The notes beneath the pieces are model-generated. The model was not told the origin of the DNA. It was given only the letters and a program-made list of their open reading frames with translations, and ran no database searches. Made by a program: the position numbers and the translations under genes. Positions 26,324 to 36,320 of a stretch of DNA of 64,000 nt are shown here, in pieces (the stretch's first letter is position 1; each line of letters starts with the position of its first letter). Source of the DNA: a virus; IMG/VR virus record IMGVR_UViG_3300037847_006528, positions 1 through 64,000 of that record. One strand, written 5' to 3'.

Positions 26324-27301
26324 TTAGACTTTTTTTTCCCAATATGAGACCATATCATGAACTAACCCTTTAAAATCAAATTTTGGTTTCCAATTAAGAG
26401 CTTTTCTTGCCCTAGTAGAGTCTCCTTTTAATACAGCGAGTTCCTCTGGTCTCATGAATTTTGGATCTTGGGATACATAATCTTTATAATCTAAATCAAA
26501 ATATCCAAAAGCTTCTTTACAGAAATCTCTAACAGAGTGACTTTCTTTAGATGAAATAACAAATTCATCTGGCTCATGATGTTGCAGCATCAAATACATT
26601 GCTTCAACATAATCTTTAGAATGACCCCAATCTCTATAAGCGTCTAGGTTTCCTAAAACCAACTTATCTTTTTTACCTGCTGCGATCTCTGCGACACCTT
26701 TAGCAATTTTTGCCGTCACGAAGTTCTCTCCCCGTCTAGGAGATTCATGATTAAAAAGAATCCCATTAGATGCAAAAAGGTTGTATGAGTTCCTGTAATT
26801 TCTCACGATACAGTAAGCTGCCAGTTTGGAGCATCCATATGGGCTAACAGGCTTCATGTTTGTGGTTTCCCTCTGGAAGCCGTCTTCGTCTATCTCATTG
26901 CCAAACATTTCTGATGAGCTAGCTTGATAAAATTTAGAATCAGGGCAAGAAAACCTATACGCCTCCAAGAGATTTAAAGTTCCTATCATGTTTGTTTGCA
27001 AGGTAAATTGAGGAACATCGAAGCTAACTCTTACATGACTTTGGGCGGCTAAATTATAAATTTCATCTGGCTTTATTGAGGCCATAAGTCTGTTTAGAGA
27101 TGATGGGTCCAATAAATCTGCATAGTGCGTGTTGACCAATCCCTTGCCTACCAAGTGGTCTATTCTGCTTTCCTGAGTGCTTGCTAAGGAATGTCTACGA
27201 ATAAGACCGTGAACTTCATAATCTTTCTCAAGTAAAAGTTCGGCTAAGTAACTGCCGTCTTGACCCGATATGCCAGTAATAAGAGCTTTTTTCTTTTTCA
27301 T
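26324..27301 (-). CDS. gmd: GDP-mannose 4,6-dehydratase
   Basis: GISGQDGSYL, LAAQSHV, QASSSE, SPYGCSK, NHESPRRG and RDWGH motifs; start revised to MKKKK. Confidence 0.93.
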   Translation of the reverse strand: MKKKKALITGISGQDGSYLAELLLEKDYEVHGLIRRHSLASTQESRIDHLVGKGLVNTHYADLLDPSSLNRLMASIKPDEIYNLAAQSHVRVSFDVPQFTLQTNMIGTLNLLEAYRFSCPDSKFYQASSSEMFGNEIDEDGFQRETTNMKPVSPYGCSKLAAYCIVRNYRNSYNLFASNGILFNHESPRRGENFVTAKIAKGVAEIAAGKKDKLVLGNLDAYRDWGHSKDYVEAMYLMLQHHEPDEFVISSKESHSVRDFCKEAFGYFDLDYKDYVSQDPKFMRPEELAVLKGDSTRARKALNWKPKFDFKGLVHDMVSYWEKKV

Positions 27302-27311
27302 TATCAGTCTA

Positions 27312-27902
27312 TTATAAGAAAACATCTAACTTTGTCAAGTCTGGCCAATCATCTACAACCCATTTTCTTGGTTTATCTTTAATTGCTTGAGGTAGTTTTT
27401 CTAAGCCAAGCTGCGCCGTTTCAGGAGTCATATAATAATGATAGCCGAAACTAGATATGTTTTGATTTCTCCAAGGAATATTGGGTTCTCTCCCATCGTA
27501 AGACATTTTTTTAAGTTCCTTAGCGGCAGTAGCGTCATCAGTTAATATCATACCCCCTCTACCAAGGCTCAAATGCTTTTGGAACTGAAAGCTCAAACAC
27601 ATAAAAGTTTTGGGTATGTAAGTATTCTTACCCCATAGCACGGCGGCATCTATTATGTTTGTTCCGTAAAGATAATAATAATCTTGCCAAGATTCCTCTT
27701 TCCAAGAAAGGGGGATCTTTAGTTTGTTGGCTAAAAAGGGTATAGAAATATAGGTTCTTTTGGGAATGCATAAATTTTTCACGTTTTTATATATCATACA
27801 TAACTCAATACCATGAGTGCATGAATCAACGGCAACTGCGTGAGTAGACCCAAAAAAGTCTGCTACTTGCTTTTCAAAATTTTCTACAGCTTCAAAACTC
27901 AT
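27312..27902 (-). CDS. Compact DegT/DnrJ-family PLP aminotransferase
   Basis: AVAVDSCT, IDAA, SFQFQKHL..GRGG (PLP Lys) and G..Y.M motifs; only 196 aa. Confidence 0.75.
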   Translation of the reverse strand: MSFEAVENFEKQVADFFGSTHAVAVDSCTHGIELCMIYKNVKNLCIPKRTYISIPFLANKLKIPLSWKEESWQDYYYLYGTNIIDAAVLWGKNTYIPKTFMCLSFQFQKHLSLGRGGMILTDDATAAKELKKMSYDGREPNIPWRNQNISSFGYHYYMTPETAQLGLEKLPQAIKDKPRKWVVDDWPDLTKLDVFL

Positions 27903-27903
27903 T

Positions 27904-28509
27904 TTAATCGTATTTTAAATATATTTTTTCTCCTCTTTTGTTGTAATAGTATGCTAGTTCTTTGCCTTCGAAATCGAATGCTCTTGCATATCTTGTAAGA
28001 TCCTTGGCTTTTTGTATGTCTTTTTCGCGGTAAAGTTTTCGATTTTTGGTCTCTTGGGGTTTCAAAGAGAATTTTCCTTTTAATAGATTATTATACCAAT
28101 CTTGGAACATTTCTAAAATCATTTTTTCGCATTTATTAAAAACAACTTGAGCGGTATCTCCCTCACTAATCGAGAATTCTCTAACCTCTATAATTGGGCC
28201 TGTGTCTATACCTTCATCAATTTTGTGTAGAGATACACCCCCACTTTTCTCTCTGTTAATAATAAACCAGCTAGCCAAACCAACTCCCCTGTATTTAGGA
28301 AGGGGAGCGGGGTGGAAGTTAAAACACTGTTTTTTCTCGACCGTCTCTTTGGAAAGAATTTTATCGTATTTTACGGAAATGATTATATCGCTAGCCTCTA
28401 TATCGTCTGTTAGCGAAAAGCCCTGAGGGGTGTTTTCTTTAGCCCACTTTTTACACAGTTCACCTACAGGTCTAGCAGTGGCTATGCACACTTTTTTATC
28501 AACCGCCAT
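27904..28509 (-). CDS. Formyltransferase (sugar N-formyltransferase-like)
   Basis: NFHPAPLPKYRG and H.IDEGIDTGPI motifs. Confidence 0.85.
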   Translation of the reverse strand: MAVDKKVCIATARPVGELCKKWAKENTPQGFSLTDDIEASDIIISVKYDKILSKETVEKKQCFNFHPAPLPKYRGVGLASWFIINREKSGGVSLHKIDEGIDTGPIIEVREFSISEGDTAQVVFNKCEKMILEMFQDWYNNLLKGKFSLKPQETKNRKLYREKDIQKAKDLTRYARAFDFEGKELAYYYNKRGEKIYLKYD

Positions 28510-29311
28510 GAGAGAGTAGTGTGTGATTATTCAAAAGCCTCATATTATTACTAAATAGTATAGCAGACAGAGAAACGGCGCTATTTCTACCTATTAAATG
28601 TTTACATTTAGAGAGAGTTAAAACTTCTATAAATAATTCAATCCAAGCTTCTTCCGAATCTGCGAATTGTTTAGTTTTAGATATAAAACTATAGTCGTCT
28701 TCTGTGTCATTTTTAAATTTAAAGTTGGGGTAGTGAATAATTTTGTTGCCGTAAATATCTTTTAATTTTTTAATAGACTCATAATTATCACTGCTAACAA
28801 AAATTTTATCATATTTCTTTTCTATTCTATTAATTTTATCCAGATAATGAGAAAAATCGTAAACACCATGTTCTGAGTGCCAGTAATTCATGTCTGTAAG
28901 GCGAATATGAACACCTAGAGTTTTATCTGTTAGTTTTTTGAGAAAAAAATTATTTACTTTTTTAATTATATGTTTTTTAAATGCTACCTTAGAGAGAATT
29001 TTTTTTAAGTTTTTATAAGTTAGAGAATTTTTTGATAAAATTTCTCCGTTATACATTATGCCACCATTTTCTAGTAACGGGGATCTCCTGTGACCTTCTA
29101 AAATAATATCGGGATCTTCCTTTGATTTTGTTTGATCGACAACACAATTAAATGCGCTACCGCCTTGGTATATAGAGTCGAAAACAATGTCGAACTTCCG
29201 TTTCCTTCTCATTATCTCATCTTCATTAAAAAGATCAACAACTCTAAAAACACTTAATAAGAAGTGTCCTAAAGTTCCATTATCGCAATCATTTCTAACA
29301 AGAATTTTCAT
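28499..29311 (-). CDS. Fucosyltransferase-fold GT (NodZ/O-FucT-like)
   Basis: LGVHIRLTD, IFVSSD and E...LSKC..LIG..S motifs. Confidence 0.7.
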   Translation of the reverse strand: MKILVRNDCDNGTLGHFLLSVFRVVDLFNEDEIMRRKRKFDIVFDSIYQGGSAFNCVVDQTKSKEDPDIILEGHRRSPLLENGGIMYNGEILSKNSLTYKNLKKILSKVAFKKHIIKKVNNFFLKKLTDKTLGVHIRLTDMNYWHSEHGVYDFSHYLDKINRIEKKYDKIFVSSDNYESIKKLKDIYGNKIIHYPNFKFKNDTEDDYSFISKTKQFADSEEAWIELFIEVLTLSKCKHLIGRNSAVSLSAILFSNNMRLLNNHTLLSHGG

Positions 29312-29847
29312 TTAGTAGACTCTACGTTCAAACTTATCAAGGTTCCTTTGTCTTTATCCATATGAGGTAGATAGGCTTGAGAACAATCGTCAATGTGAGA
29401 ATGATCAGTATCTCTCCAGTTATATTTTTTTATTGAATTGAACCCGACAGACTTAAGTAATGTAGACAAAGAATCAAAATCATACACAGTCTTATGATAG
29501 ATGGTTTCATTTGACATGGGCATCTTGCCATAAAGAGGGCCAAGAAATCTACTTAAAGGATATTCTTCGTTTATATATAATTTACTTATTTGATGAAAAT
29601 CAGGAACCGCTATCCTTAAAATGCCACCGAACTTAAGAACCCTAAACCATTCCTTTAAAACTGAAACGGCTTTTTCTCTGTCGAAATATTCAAACACATG
29701 AGAGGCATAAATAATATCTACAGATCTATCTTTAAATTTTAGTTTAGTAATATCTTCACCGTCAAGATGTTCATAATCGGCTCCATCAATGTGAGTCCAT
29801 TCATTACCAAAATTTTTAGAACCGCAACCTAAGTGTAATTTAATCAT
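29308..29847 (-). CDS. Class I SAM-dependent methyltransferase
   Basis: KLHLGCG, IYASHVFE and RVLK.GG.LRIAVPD motifs; start revised to MIKLH. Confidence 0.85.
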   Translation of the reverse strand: MIKLHLGCGSKNFGNEWTHIDGADYEHLDGEDITKLKFKDRSVDIIYASHVFEYFDREKAVSVLKEWFRVLKFGGILRIAVPDFHQISKLYINEEYPLSRFLGPLYGKMPMSNETIYHKTVYDFDSLSTLLKSVGFNSIKKYNWRDTDHSHIDDCSQAYLPHMDKDKGTLISLNVESTK

Positions 29848-30439
29848 TTCTGTTTCTGTGAGAACCGTGTATGTGGTAGAATTCATCGTAATATGAAAAG
29901 GGCTTATTCTTTATTTCCTCATATCGTTCATTCATGCTGATTATTCTTTTTGTTGCGGATTCTTTATCCAGTTTAACATCAGGGGGCAAAAGATTTTTTA
30001 ATTTTGAATACAAATTCTCTACGATTTGTTTTAGTGAGTATTCGGGTGTTTCATTTAATTCTTCAAATTGAATTCGCAGTAAATTTTCTTTCTGGTAATA
30101 TTTAGGATCAATAATTCTAGGCGGTTTTAATGATCGCCTCTCAGAGCAGACAAAATACCACTTCATCCCTCTACACTCTTGGTGTTGTGCTCCAGATAAA
30201 CGCTCTTCCCAATAATCTAAATCAGTATTATGAGTAACAATAATTTGTTTAGTTTCATCATTGCTTTTAGGGCAAGGTTCTGTAGGGCATATAAAGCCAT
30301 GTAGCAAGTTGTGTAAAACAGTGCTCGCCGTGCGTGGCGGCGAAGCTTGTATTATTTTATAAGAGTGATCTAAGATTGGCAACGGTGTCGGACCATTCTC
30401 AACAGCAGGGAAACCAAACTTAAATGTGTGTCTATTCAT
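29840..30439 (-). CDS. Sulfotransferase/P-loop-like protein
   Basis: SPPRTASTVL resembles the PAPS-binding loop. Confidence 0.45.
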   Translation of the reverse strand: MNRHTFKFGFPAVENGPTPLPILDHSYKIIQASPPRTASTVLHNLLHGFICPTEPCPKSNDETKQIIVTHNTDLDYWEERLSGAQHQECRGMKWYFVCSERRSLKPPRIIDPKYYQKENLLRIQFEELNETPEYSLKQIVENLYSKLKNLLPPDVKLDKESATKRIISMNERYEEIKNKPFSYYDEFYHIHGSHRNRND

Positions 30440-30848
30440 TATTTAAAAAGGTTTTATCTTTTGCTTGCCCCATGTATGGCCCTGTTTTTATTTCGTATAC
30501 TAAAGCGCCATCTTCTAAGGCTTGGTAATTATGCCCCCCTCTGAATGTGATTGTTGCGTCCCCTGCTTCTAGTATGTTTTCTTCTAAAAGATTATCTTCC
30601 TCATCGTAATGGAAGGTTTTAACTTTTCCTCCAATGACAATCCAGCATTCTTGAGTTATATCTGTTTCTCTGACAAGCCTTAAATGTTTGTGTCCCCTGA
30701 ATTTATGATTGTCGGGGATTTTTATAGCCGCAAGCTGCAAAAATTCTTTCTCAGTTGAGATGTCTTCCCTAAAATCTAACGCCTCTAAATCAGATTTTCT
30801 ATAAATTATATGAAGAGTTTGTCCTTCTTTGTTTTTTATTTCTTTCAT
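30432..30848 (-). CDS. Cupin (WbuC-like sugar-modifying protein)
   Basis: H.H....TQE, GGH and E.K.GPY motifs. Confidence 0.7.
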   Translation of the reverse strand: MKEIKNKEGQTLHIIYRKSDLEALDFREDISTEKEFLQLAAIKIPDNHKFRGHKHLRLVRETDITQECWIVIGGKVKTFHYDEEDNLLEENILEAGDATITFRGGHNYQALEDGALVYEIKTGPYMGQAKDKTFLNNE

Positions 30849-31627
30849 AAGCTAATCCATTCTTTCGGGAATATATTCATATCAATACCTTTAATCCAAT
30901 TATCGGGATAAATAACTTTTTTATCTATATTTTTATTTAAAAACGCGCCCCACCAAGAAAAGGTAGAGTTCGCTATTATATTGTCTGAGCACAAAGACAT
31001 GCAACAAAGATCTATAAAAGCATTATACTGGGGAGGAAAACAGAAGAATCTATCTCCATCGAAATTTTCTTTAACCCAATCATAATCGTCAGAAAAAACT
31101 AAAAAACACTTTTCTGGGAAATGTTTTATAGCTTGCTCATAGTATTCCATGCTTTGCACGGGGTGACGGTCTATTTTTAAATAGTCTCCTCTCCTGACAT
31201 GAATTGAAACAGTTTGCCTGACATTTATTTTTAATTTATTTAAAATATCTTTTGCCTCCTTTATGGTTTTTTTGTTGAATTCGATTCCTAGATTATCAGA
31301 TAAGTCAAAATAGTCTTTGTTTTGGAAATAACCATCAAAATTAGTGTTGTCATTTATAGAGAATACTTCATGATCAAACATATTATCTTGATGTTCCCTA
31401 TAAACATACTGGATATATTTAGACAGGAATGTCGCGTCTTTTTTGGGTATCTTAATATCAAAACCCTCTTCTAGTTGCTGAATTCTTTGCCCAGAATGGT
31501 GCATAAATTCTTGAGAGGTTGGATAATACGCTTTATATTTAGTTTTTTGAGCTACTCTTAATAGAAAATAATAATTAAAAAGAGCATTGCCTATAGCTCT
31601 ATTACATATATCTAAACATGTAATCAT
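30845..31627 (-). CDS. alpha-1,2-fucosyltransferase-like (GT11)
   Basis: GN.LF, GYFQ, HVRRGDY, FSDD and IIANSTFSWWGA motifs. Confidence 0.88.
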   Translation of the reverse strand: MITCLDICNRAIGNALFNYYFLLRVAQKTKYKAYYPTSQEFMHHSGQRIQQLEEGFDIKIPKKDATFLSKYIQYVYREHQDNMFDHEVFSINDNTNFDGYFQNKDYFDLSDNLGIEFNKKTIKEAKDILNKLKINVRQTVSIHVRRGDYLKIDRHPVQSMEYYEQAIKHFPEKCFLVFSDDYDWVKENFDGDRFFCFPPQYNAFIDLCCMSLCSDNIIANSTFSWWGAFLNKNIDKKVIYPDNWIKGIDMNIFPKEWISL

Positions 31628-32283
31628 TTGTAAGTATCAAATTGTTTTTCTATGGTATCTTGTCGAGGGCTAACGAATCCATCTATATCTGAATATCCGT
31701 TATATTGACAGGCGCAAAGCTTGTTGGGCATATATGAATTTCCCTCTTTTTGATATTTTCTAAGATGTATATCATGACAAACATTTGCTGATGTCCAGTC
31801 AATCCAAGATGATCTATCATTCCTCTCAGGAAAATCTTTTACATAGCGTAAAGCGAAATCTCTATTGTAAGTTATAGCGTGGGCAGTCCCAGCACACATT
31901 ACCTTTAGTAAAAAACTTTCTTTAGTTTTTTCTAGTGGATTTTCAACCCCTTCCTCTCTGGGAGCACACCCCCAATATAAAAGATCCCAATCATTATTTT
32001 TTAGGCTATTTAGACATTTAGATATTAAAGAAGCTGTATAATCATAAAAAAATATATCATCCTCAAAAATAGTAAATTGATCTTCTCCGCTTGATAATCC
32101 AAGTGTTATAGCGTTCCGATGAGCCGCAGAGCAACCCGCTCGCGTGATTGAGCTATCCCCCGAGCCAAAATCCACACCATCAACCCTTGTCAAAAGAGAC
32201 TCATCATCTATTGAAGAAAATTGAGATTTAAATAACTTCCACCTATCTTTTCTTTTTTCTAAGTTAATAACATAATATTTCAT
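31624..32283 (-). CDS. GT25 glycosyltransferase
   Basis: YVINL..R.DR, GC..AH and IFEDD motifs. Confidence 0.8.
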   Translation of the reverse strand: MKYYVINLEKRKDRWKLFKSQFSSIDDESLLTRVDGVDFGSGDSSITRAGCSAAHRNAITLGLSSGEDQFTIFEDDIFFYDYTASLISKCLNSLKNNDWDLLYWGCAPREEGVENPLEKTKESFLLKVMCAGTAHAITYNRDFALRYVKDFPERNDRSSWIDWTSANVCHDIHLRKYQKEGNSYMPNKLCACQYNGYSDIDGFVSPRQDTIEKQFDTYK

Positions 32284-33103
32284 TTACTTGACCACACTCT
32301 GGAATTACTATTTCTTCTAAAACTTCACCAGTTTGTTTATTCATTTTAACAACACCTCCATCACACCCTTTGTGACGCTCAGCCGTAGAAGCTTTTGCAG
32401 ATGCGCCAACATACAAAAAATTTTCATCAGTAGCCAACCCTCTTAATAAATAAACCGCCTCAGTCTCAATATGATTTAATGTTTCTAGTTGGGGTGAGGT
32501 ATCTGGATTTTTTACATGATGTTCCTTGTTGACAGAAAAAACACGACCGTTCAGTGAGTCACAAATCCAAAACCTATCCCGAAAATATAAAATGCTATGA
32601 GAGTGATCTCCAAGAAACCTAGATAAGCATAGCATTTCTTGTGTGTGTGGGTTGAATTCATATAAACAAGATTGTGCATCGAAGCTATCTCTATGACAAA
32701 TTATCAATAACCTGTCATTATGTCTTTTAATTGTGTTCATGTGCGATCTTTGGCAACTAGGTATGCCTTCATGAACTTGCAAGACCTCTCCTTGAAAATT
32801 TGTTTGATATATCCTGTTTGTTTTTGTGGATAGGATATAAATAGAATCTTCAAAGATCTCTATTCCATGAACATCTTCACAACCTTTTATATCAAATTTA
32901 TTTTTTAAGTTTAAAGATTCATCAAATGAGCATATTCTTGTATCGTGACTCAAACCTGAGTGACTGCCAATTCTAAAGGCTGCGAAAAGTGTTTTGTTAG
33001 CCTTTTTTGTTTTTGCTAATCCAAAACAAACACCCTCATTTTCGTGTGTATATTCCTTTGAGGTTAAATTATAAATACCTCTTGATGTAGAGCATAAAAT
33101 CAT
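32264..33103 (-). CDS. Beta-propeller protein (DUF4915-like)
   Basis: Repeated blades DVHGI, H.NTI, HSHSI...W.CDS.NG and LRGLA. Confidence 0.55.
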   Translation of the reverse strand: MILCSTSRGIYNLTSKEYTHENEGVCFGLAKTKKANKTLFAAFRIGSHSGLSHDTRICSFDESLNLKNKFDIKGCEDVHGIEIFEDSIYILSTKTNRIYQTNFQGEVLQVHEGIPSCQRSHMNTIKRHNDRLLIICHRDSFDAQSCLYEFNPHTQEMLCLSRFLGDHSHSILYFRDRFWICDSLNGRVFSVNKEHHVKNPDTSPQLETLNHIETEAVYLLRGLATDENFLYVGASAKASTAERHKGCDGGVVKMNKQTGEVLEEIVIPECGQVNEILCY

Positions 33104-33945
33104 TTATTTTTAATCCAATCTTCTAAATTATTTTTTGCTTCCCAGTTTAGATGTTTTTTAGCTAGCTCCGCGTTACATTCAACACTTTGTGCCTCCCCTT
33201 TTTTGTCTTCAAGGTAAGTTATGCCAAATGATGGTTTGTAAAGTTTTGCTGCCTCGTTTAGAGAGAACTTTCTACCTCTTCCTAGCTCAAAAATTATTCC
33301 GTAGCTTTGTGTTTCCCATATCTTAACTAGGCCATCTACTATATCATCAACATGGGTGAAATCTCTCTCCTTGCTTCCATCGCCGTAAATAGTTAAAGGT
33401 TTTTTCTCTCTATGAGCCTTATCCCATCTTGCTATTACAGTGGCATATTCTCCATCCTCTATGTGGTTCGGGCCATAAACATTGTAGAATCTAGCTATAC
33501 TTTGTTTTAAACCGTAAATCTTATCAAATAGCTGGCAGAGTTCCTCTGAAGAGTCTTTGGTGAAGGTGTAAGGATTTTTAAACTTGCCACTATGATGAGA
33601 AGATGAGCCAGAAAAAATCACAGGGATTCCAAAGGCAGAGCAAAGCTGACAAACATTAAATGTTCCAATTACATTTGAATCAAAATATTTTTTAGGGTGA
33701 CTAAATGATGGTTGAATGCGAGCAAGAGCAGCTAGGTGAAAAACAACACTAGCTCCTTGAATAAGATTTTCCATCGCATCATAATCAGAAATGTCTTGTG
33801 AAATATATTCTACAGATTCTATATGGTTTGATGTAAGTCCTGTCGAATAATTGTCAATAGAGGTAACATCGTGTCCTAAAGAAACCAATTTCTTGCATAA
33901 ATTATAGCCAATAAACCCCGCTCCTCCTGTTACAATAGCTTTCAT
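33100..33945 (-). CDS. NAD-dependent nucleotide-sugar epimerase/dehydratase
   Basis: GGAGFIG, HLAA, Y...K, R.YNVYGP and GDG...RDFTHV motifs. Confidence 0.88.
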   Translation of the reverse strand: MKAIVTGGAGFIGYNLCKKLVSLGHDVTSIDNYSTGLTSNHIESVEYISQDISDYDAMENLIQGASVVFHLAALARIQPSFSHPKKYFDSNVIGTFNVCQLCSAFGIPVIFSGSSSHHSGKFKNPYTFTKDSSEELCQLFDKIYGLKQSIARFYNVYGPNHIEDGEYATVIARWDKAHREKKPLTIYGDGSKERDFTHVDDIVDGLVKIWETQSYGIIFELGRGRKFSLNEAAKLYKPSFGITYLEDKKGEAQSVECNAELAKKHLNWEAKNNLEDWIKNK

Positions 33946-34790
33946 TTATATTTATTATAGAGATTTAAAATATTCTGAGCAACAGTAAATTTAGAAAACT
34001 TATACTGCGCCCACTGTGTCCATTCGCTTAATATAACTGAATGATAGTGGGTAAAGTGATTTAATAATCTGTTATATGTATCATTAATGGATTTTTCATT
34101 AGGCTCCGCTACACAAAAGTCAGGGCAAAGATTTGAGTTTGGGTTGTCGCTGCAAACAAGAGGTATAGCCCCACAAGCCATTGCCTCTAAAGCCGTTAGA
34201 CCTAATCCTTCAAACTTAGAAGGCAAAGCGACTATTTTGCTTGAATTATAAAATTGATTAAGGACTACATCGCTCACATCTCCCACATAAGAGGAATTTG
34301 GGAAATGTCCTTGCGGTCCAATAACATATTTTTCTATATTATCTAATAGATTAAATCTTTTATTTGGATCTCCGTAACGCCCAACATACAGACAGTTTAT
34401 TTCTCTTTTTACGTTTGGGTCAAAAGATACGTCTTTGATGGGATTCCATATAATGTGAGAATCTACTCCAATTTTTTTTAATTGTTCTTTTACAGGAGGG
34501 CTTATACAGGTAACAATATCCGCTTCTGAGAGTTGCTCTTTTAGAGTTTGTATAGGAAAGTCTGGTATATGAGGAGGTATATCTAAAACATTAAAAATCT
34601 TAAAGCCGTTTTGAGATAAAGCAGAATCTCTGTGTTGGCTGTCTATATCGGAATAATCAAAGTTATTACTATAAATAAAATCATAGTCATCTCCGACCAC
34701 AATGTCGTTTCCTAGACCTAAAAAGCCCTCTCCTATTCTGAGTATTTGGCATTTATATCCCTTGTTTCCATATAGTTTTATCTTAGTCAT
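33942..34790 (-). CDS. GT4 (GT-B) glycosyltransferase
   Basis: PSKFEGLGLTALEAMACG motif. Confidence 0.85.
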   Translation of the reverse strand: MTKIKLYGNKGYKCQILRIGEGFLGLGNDIVVGDDYDFIYSNNFDYSDIDSQHRDSALSQNGFKIFNVLDIPPHIPDFPIQTLKEQLSEADIVTCISPPVKEQLKKIGVDSHIIWNPIKDVSFDPNVKREINCLYVGRYGDPNKRFNLLDNIEKYVIGPQGHFPNSSYVGDVSDVVLNQFYNSSKIVALPSKFEGLGLTALEAMACGAIPLVCSDNPNSNLCPDFCVAEPNEKSINDTYNRLLNHFTHYHSVILSEWTQWAQYKFSKFTVAQNILNLYNKYK

Positions 34791-35547
34791 CGTAAATACT
34801 GCTCACTTTAGGAATTGGCTCGCCTGTCTTTTTATAATATTCTTCATCAAACTCTAGGCAATGGTTTTCGTGGTTCCACTTGTAAGAGCAAGCCCCAAAA
34901 TGTCTGTGTTGATACTCAACCTTTCTTTTGCCTATCCTGTCATTCAGCCAACTATAGTGTTTTATTAAGGCAACTCCCTCGGGGATGGTTGTTAATTCTT
35001 CTACTTGGCTGTGTCTGAAGAATTCCCCATCCTTGCCATAGGCAATATCATTATCCCAAATAAACTGCGCTAGTCTATAATCGTTAATCTTTGTTTTAAA
35101 TATTCTCGGTGGACAGAAAGGTTCTTGTAAGTAATGATCTGTATCAAAAACAAAGTTTCTCAGACTTATTTTAAATAAATTTTTATCAGAATTTTCTACA
35201 TATCTTTCTATCTCTTCAATATCTCTTTCGGTATAAAACTCGTCAGAGTCAACTAGCCAAATGTAGTCTAAATCATATTTTGTTAAATAAAACAATGCGT
35301 AATTCCTAGCTTCTGCTTCAGAAACATATTGAGGCGTGTCTACTAAGTATTTTAGCCTCTTTTGTTCGACTAATTCTCTAAGTAGATCTGTCGTGTGGTC
35401 ATGTAACAAATCTATACCTTTGTATTCTTTGAATGGGACAGAAACAGCAGATACTATATGGTTATCCCTTTTAAGAAAAGGCTCAATAGACTCTAATACA
35501 TATTCTTCAGTATTGTAGCCGCAAAATATAATTCCAAATTTTTTCAT
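34783..35547 (-). CDS. GT-A (GT2-like) glycosyltransferase
   Basis: YN.E, RN.AL, WLVDSDE (DxD) and HYSW motifs. Confidence 0.7.
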   Translation of the reverse strand: MKKFGIIFCGYNTEEYVLESIEPFLKRDNHIVSAVSVPFKEYKGIDLLHDHTTDLLRELVEQKRLKYLVDTPQYVSEAEARNYALFYLTKYDLDYIWLVDSDEFYTERDIEEIERYVENSDKNLFKISLRNFVFDTDHYLQEPFCPPRIFKTKINDYRLAQFIWDNDIAYGKDGEFFRHSQVEELTTIPEGVALIKHYSWLNDRIGKRKVEYQHRHFGACSYKWNHENHCLEFDEEYYKKTGEPIPKVSSIYDD

Positions 35548-36320
35548 AAGCTAGGCCAAAGTGGTATTGGTAAATTATGTGGTTGTTTTCTGGGGTCTCC
35601 AGATTTTACTTCTTCTGGTTCAAAGTCTGGTGAGTCTATACCAGTTTTTCTCTTGTGCCAGATTTTTCCCCAAAAGTTTTTGTTTATCTTGTTTTTGTCT
35701 TCTAGGTTAAGATATCCCAAGTGGATTATTTTGGGATCATGTTCAGCAAAAGACACTCGACCTATACATGGAATTAGATGACCATTGTCATCAATCAATT
35801 CACAGGTGTCGCTTTTTTCAGGATCAAAAGTGCCATCCTTATTTAAGGAGAAATTTACAGCGCCCCTATTTGTCCCATCCCTCGTATGAATATACCATTT
35901 ATAACCTATATTAACAAAGCTGTGAACATCTTCATAGAGATCTATTGTAGGCAACATTATGCTACAAGGAAAGTCATGTTTATTGATTTCAAGAAACAAG
36001 TCTTTAAATGTATATTTAGACCCAGATATTCTTTCATCTAGATCTAATTGTATGACAGAATTGTGGCTACACGCCTTAAGACCCGCATCTTTTAGCTTTC
36101 CGTCCCAGTATAAATCTTTATTTGGGTCCAAATCAGTAGATACAATTTTTATGCGGTCAGAAAAAGTTGTTTTGTTTATTTCTGTCTTAATTTCTTCAAC
36201 CTGATCTTCCAAGGTGCTAATAACCACCTCATCAACGTAATAAAACCAATTTTCAAATACTTGCTTAAAACAAAAGTCGAAGTTGTTTAAATTGAATGCA
36301 GTTGTATATAATGAGATCAT
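35544..36320 (-). CDS. GT-A (GT2-like) glycosyltransferase
   Basis: VDEVVI, IQLDLDE (DxD) and IIHLGY motifs. Confidence 0.65.
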   Translation of the reverse strand: MISLYTTAFNLNNFDFCFKQVFENWFYYVDEVVISTLEDQVEEIKTEINKTTFSDRIKIVSTDLDPNKDLYWDGKLKDAGLKACSHNSVIQLDLDERISGSKYTFKDLFLEINKHDFPCSIMLPTIDLYEDVHSFVNIGYKWYIHTRDGTNRGAVNFSLNKDGTFDPEKSDTCELIDDNGHLIPCIGRVSFAEHDPKIIHLGYLNLEDKNKINKNFWGKIWHKRKTGIDSPDFEPEEVKSGDPRKQPHNLPIPLWPSL

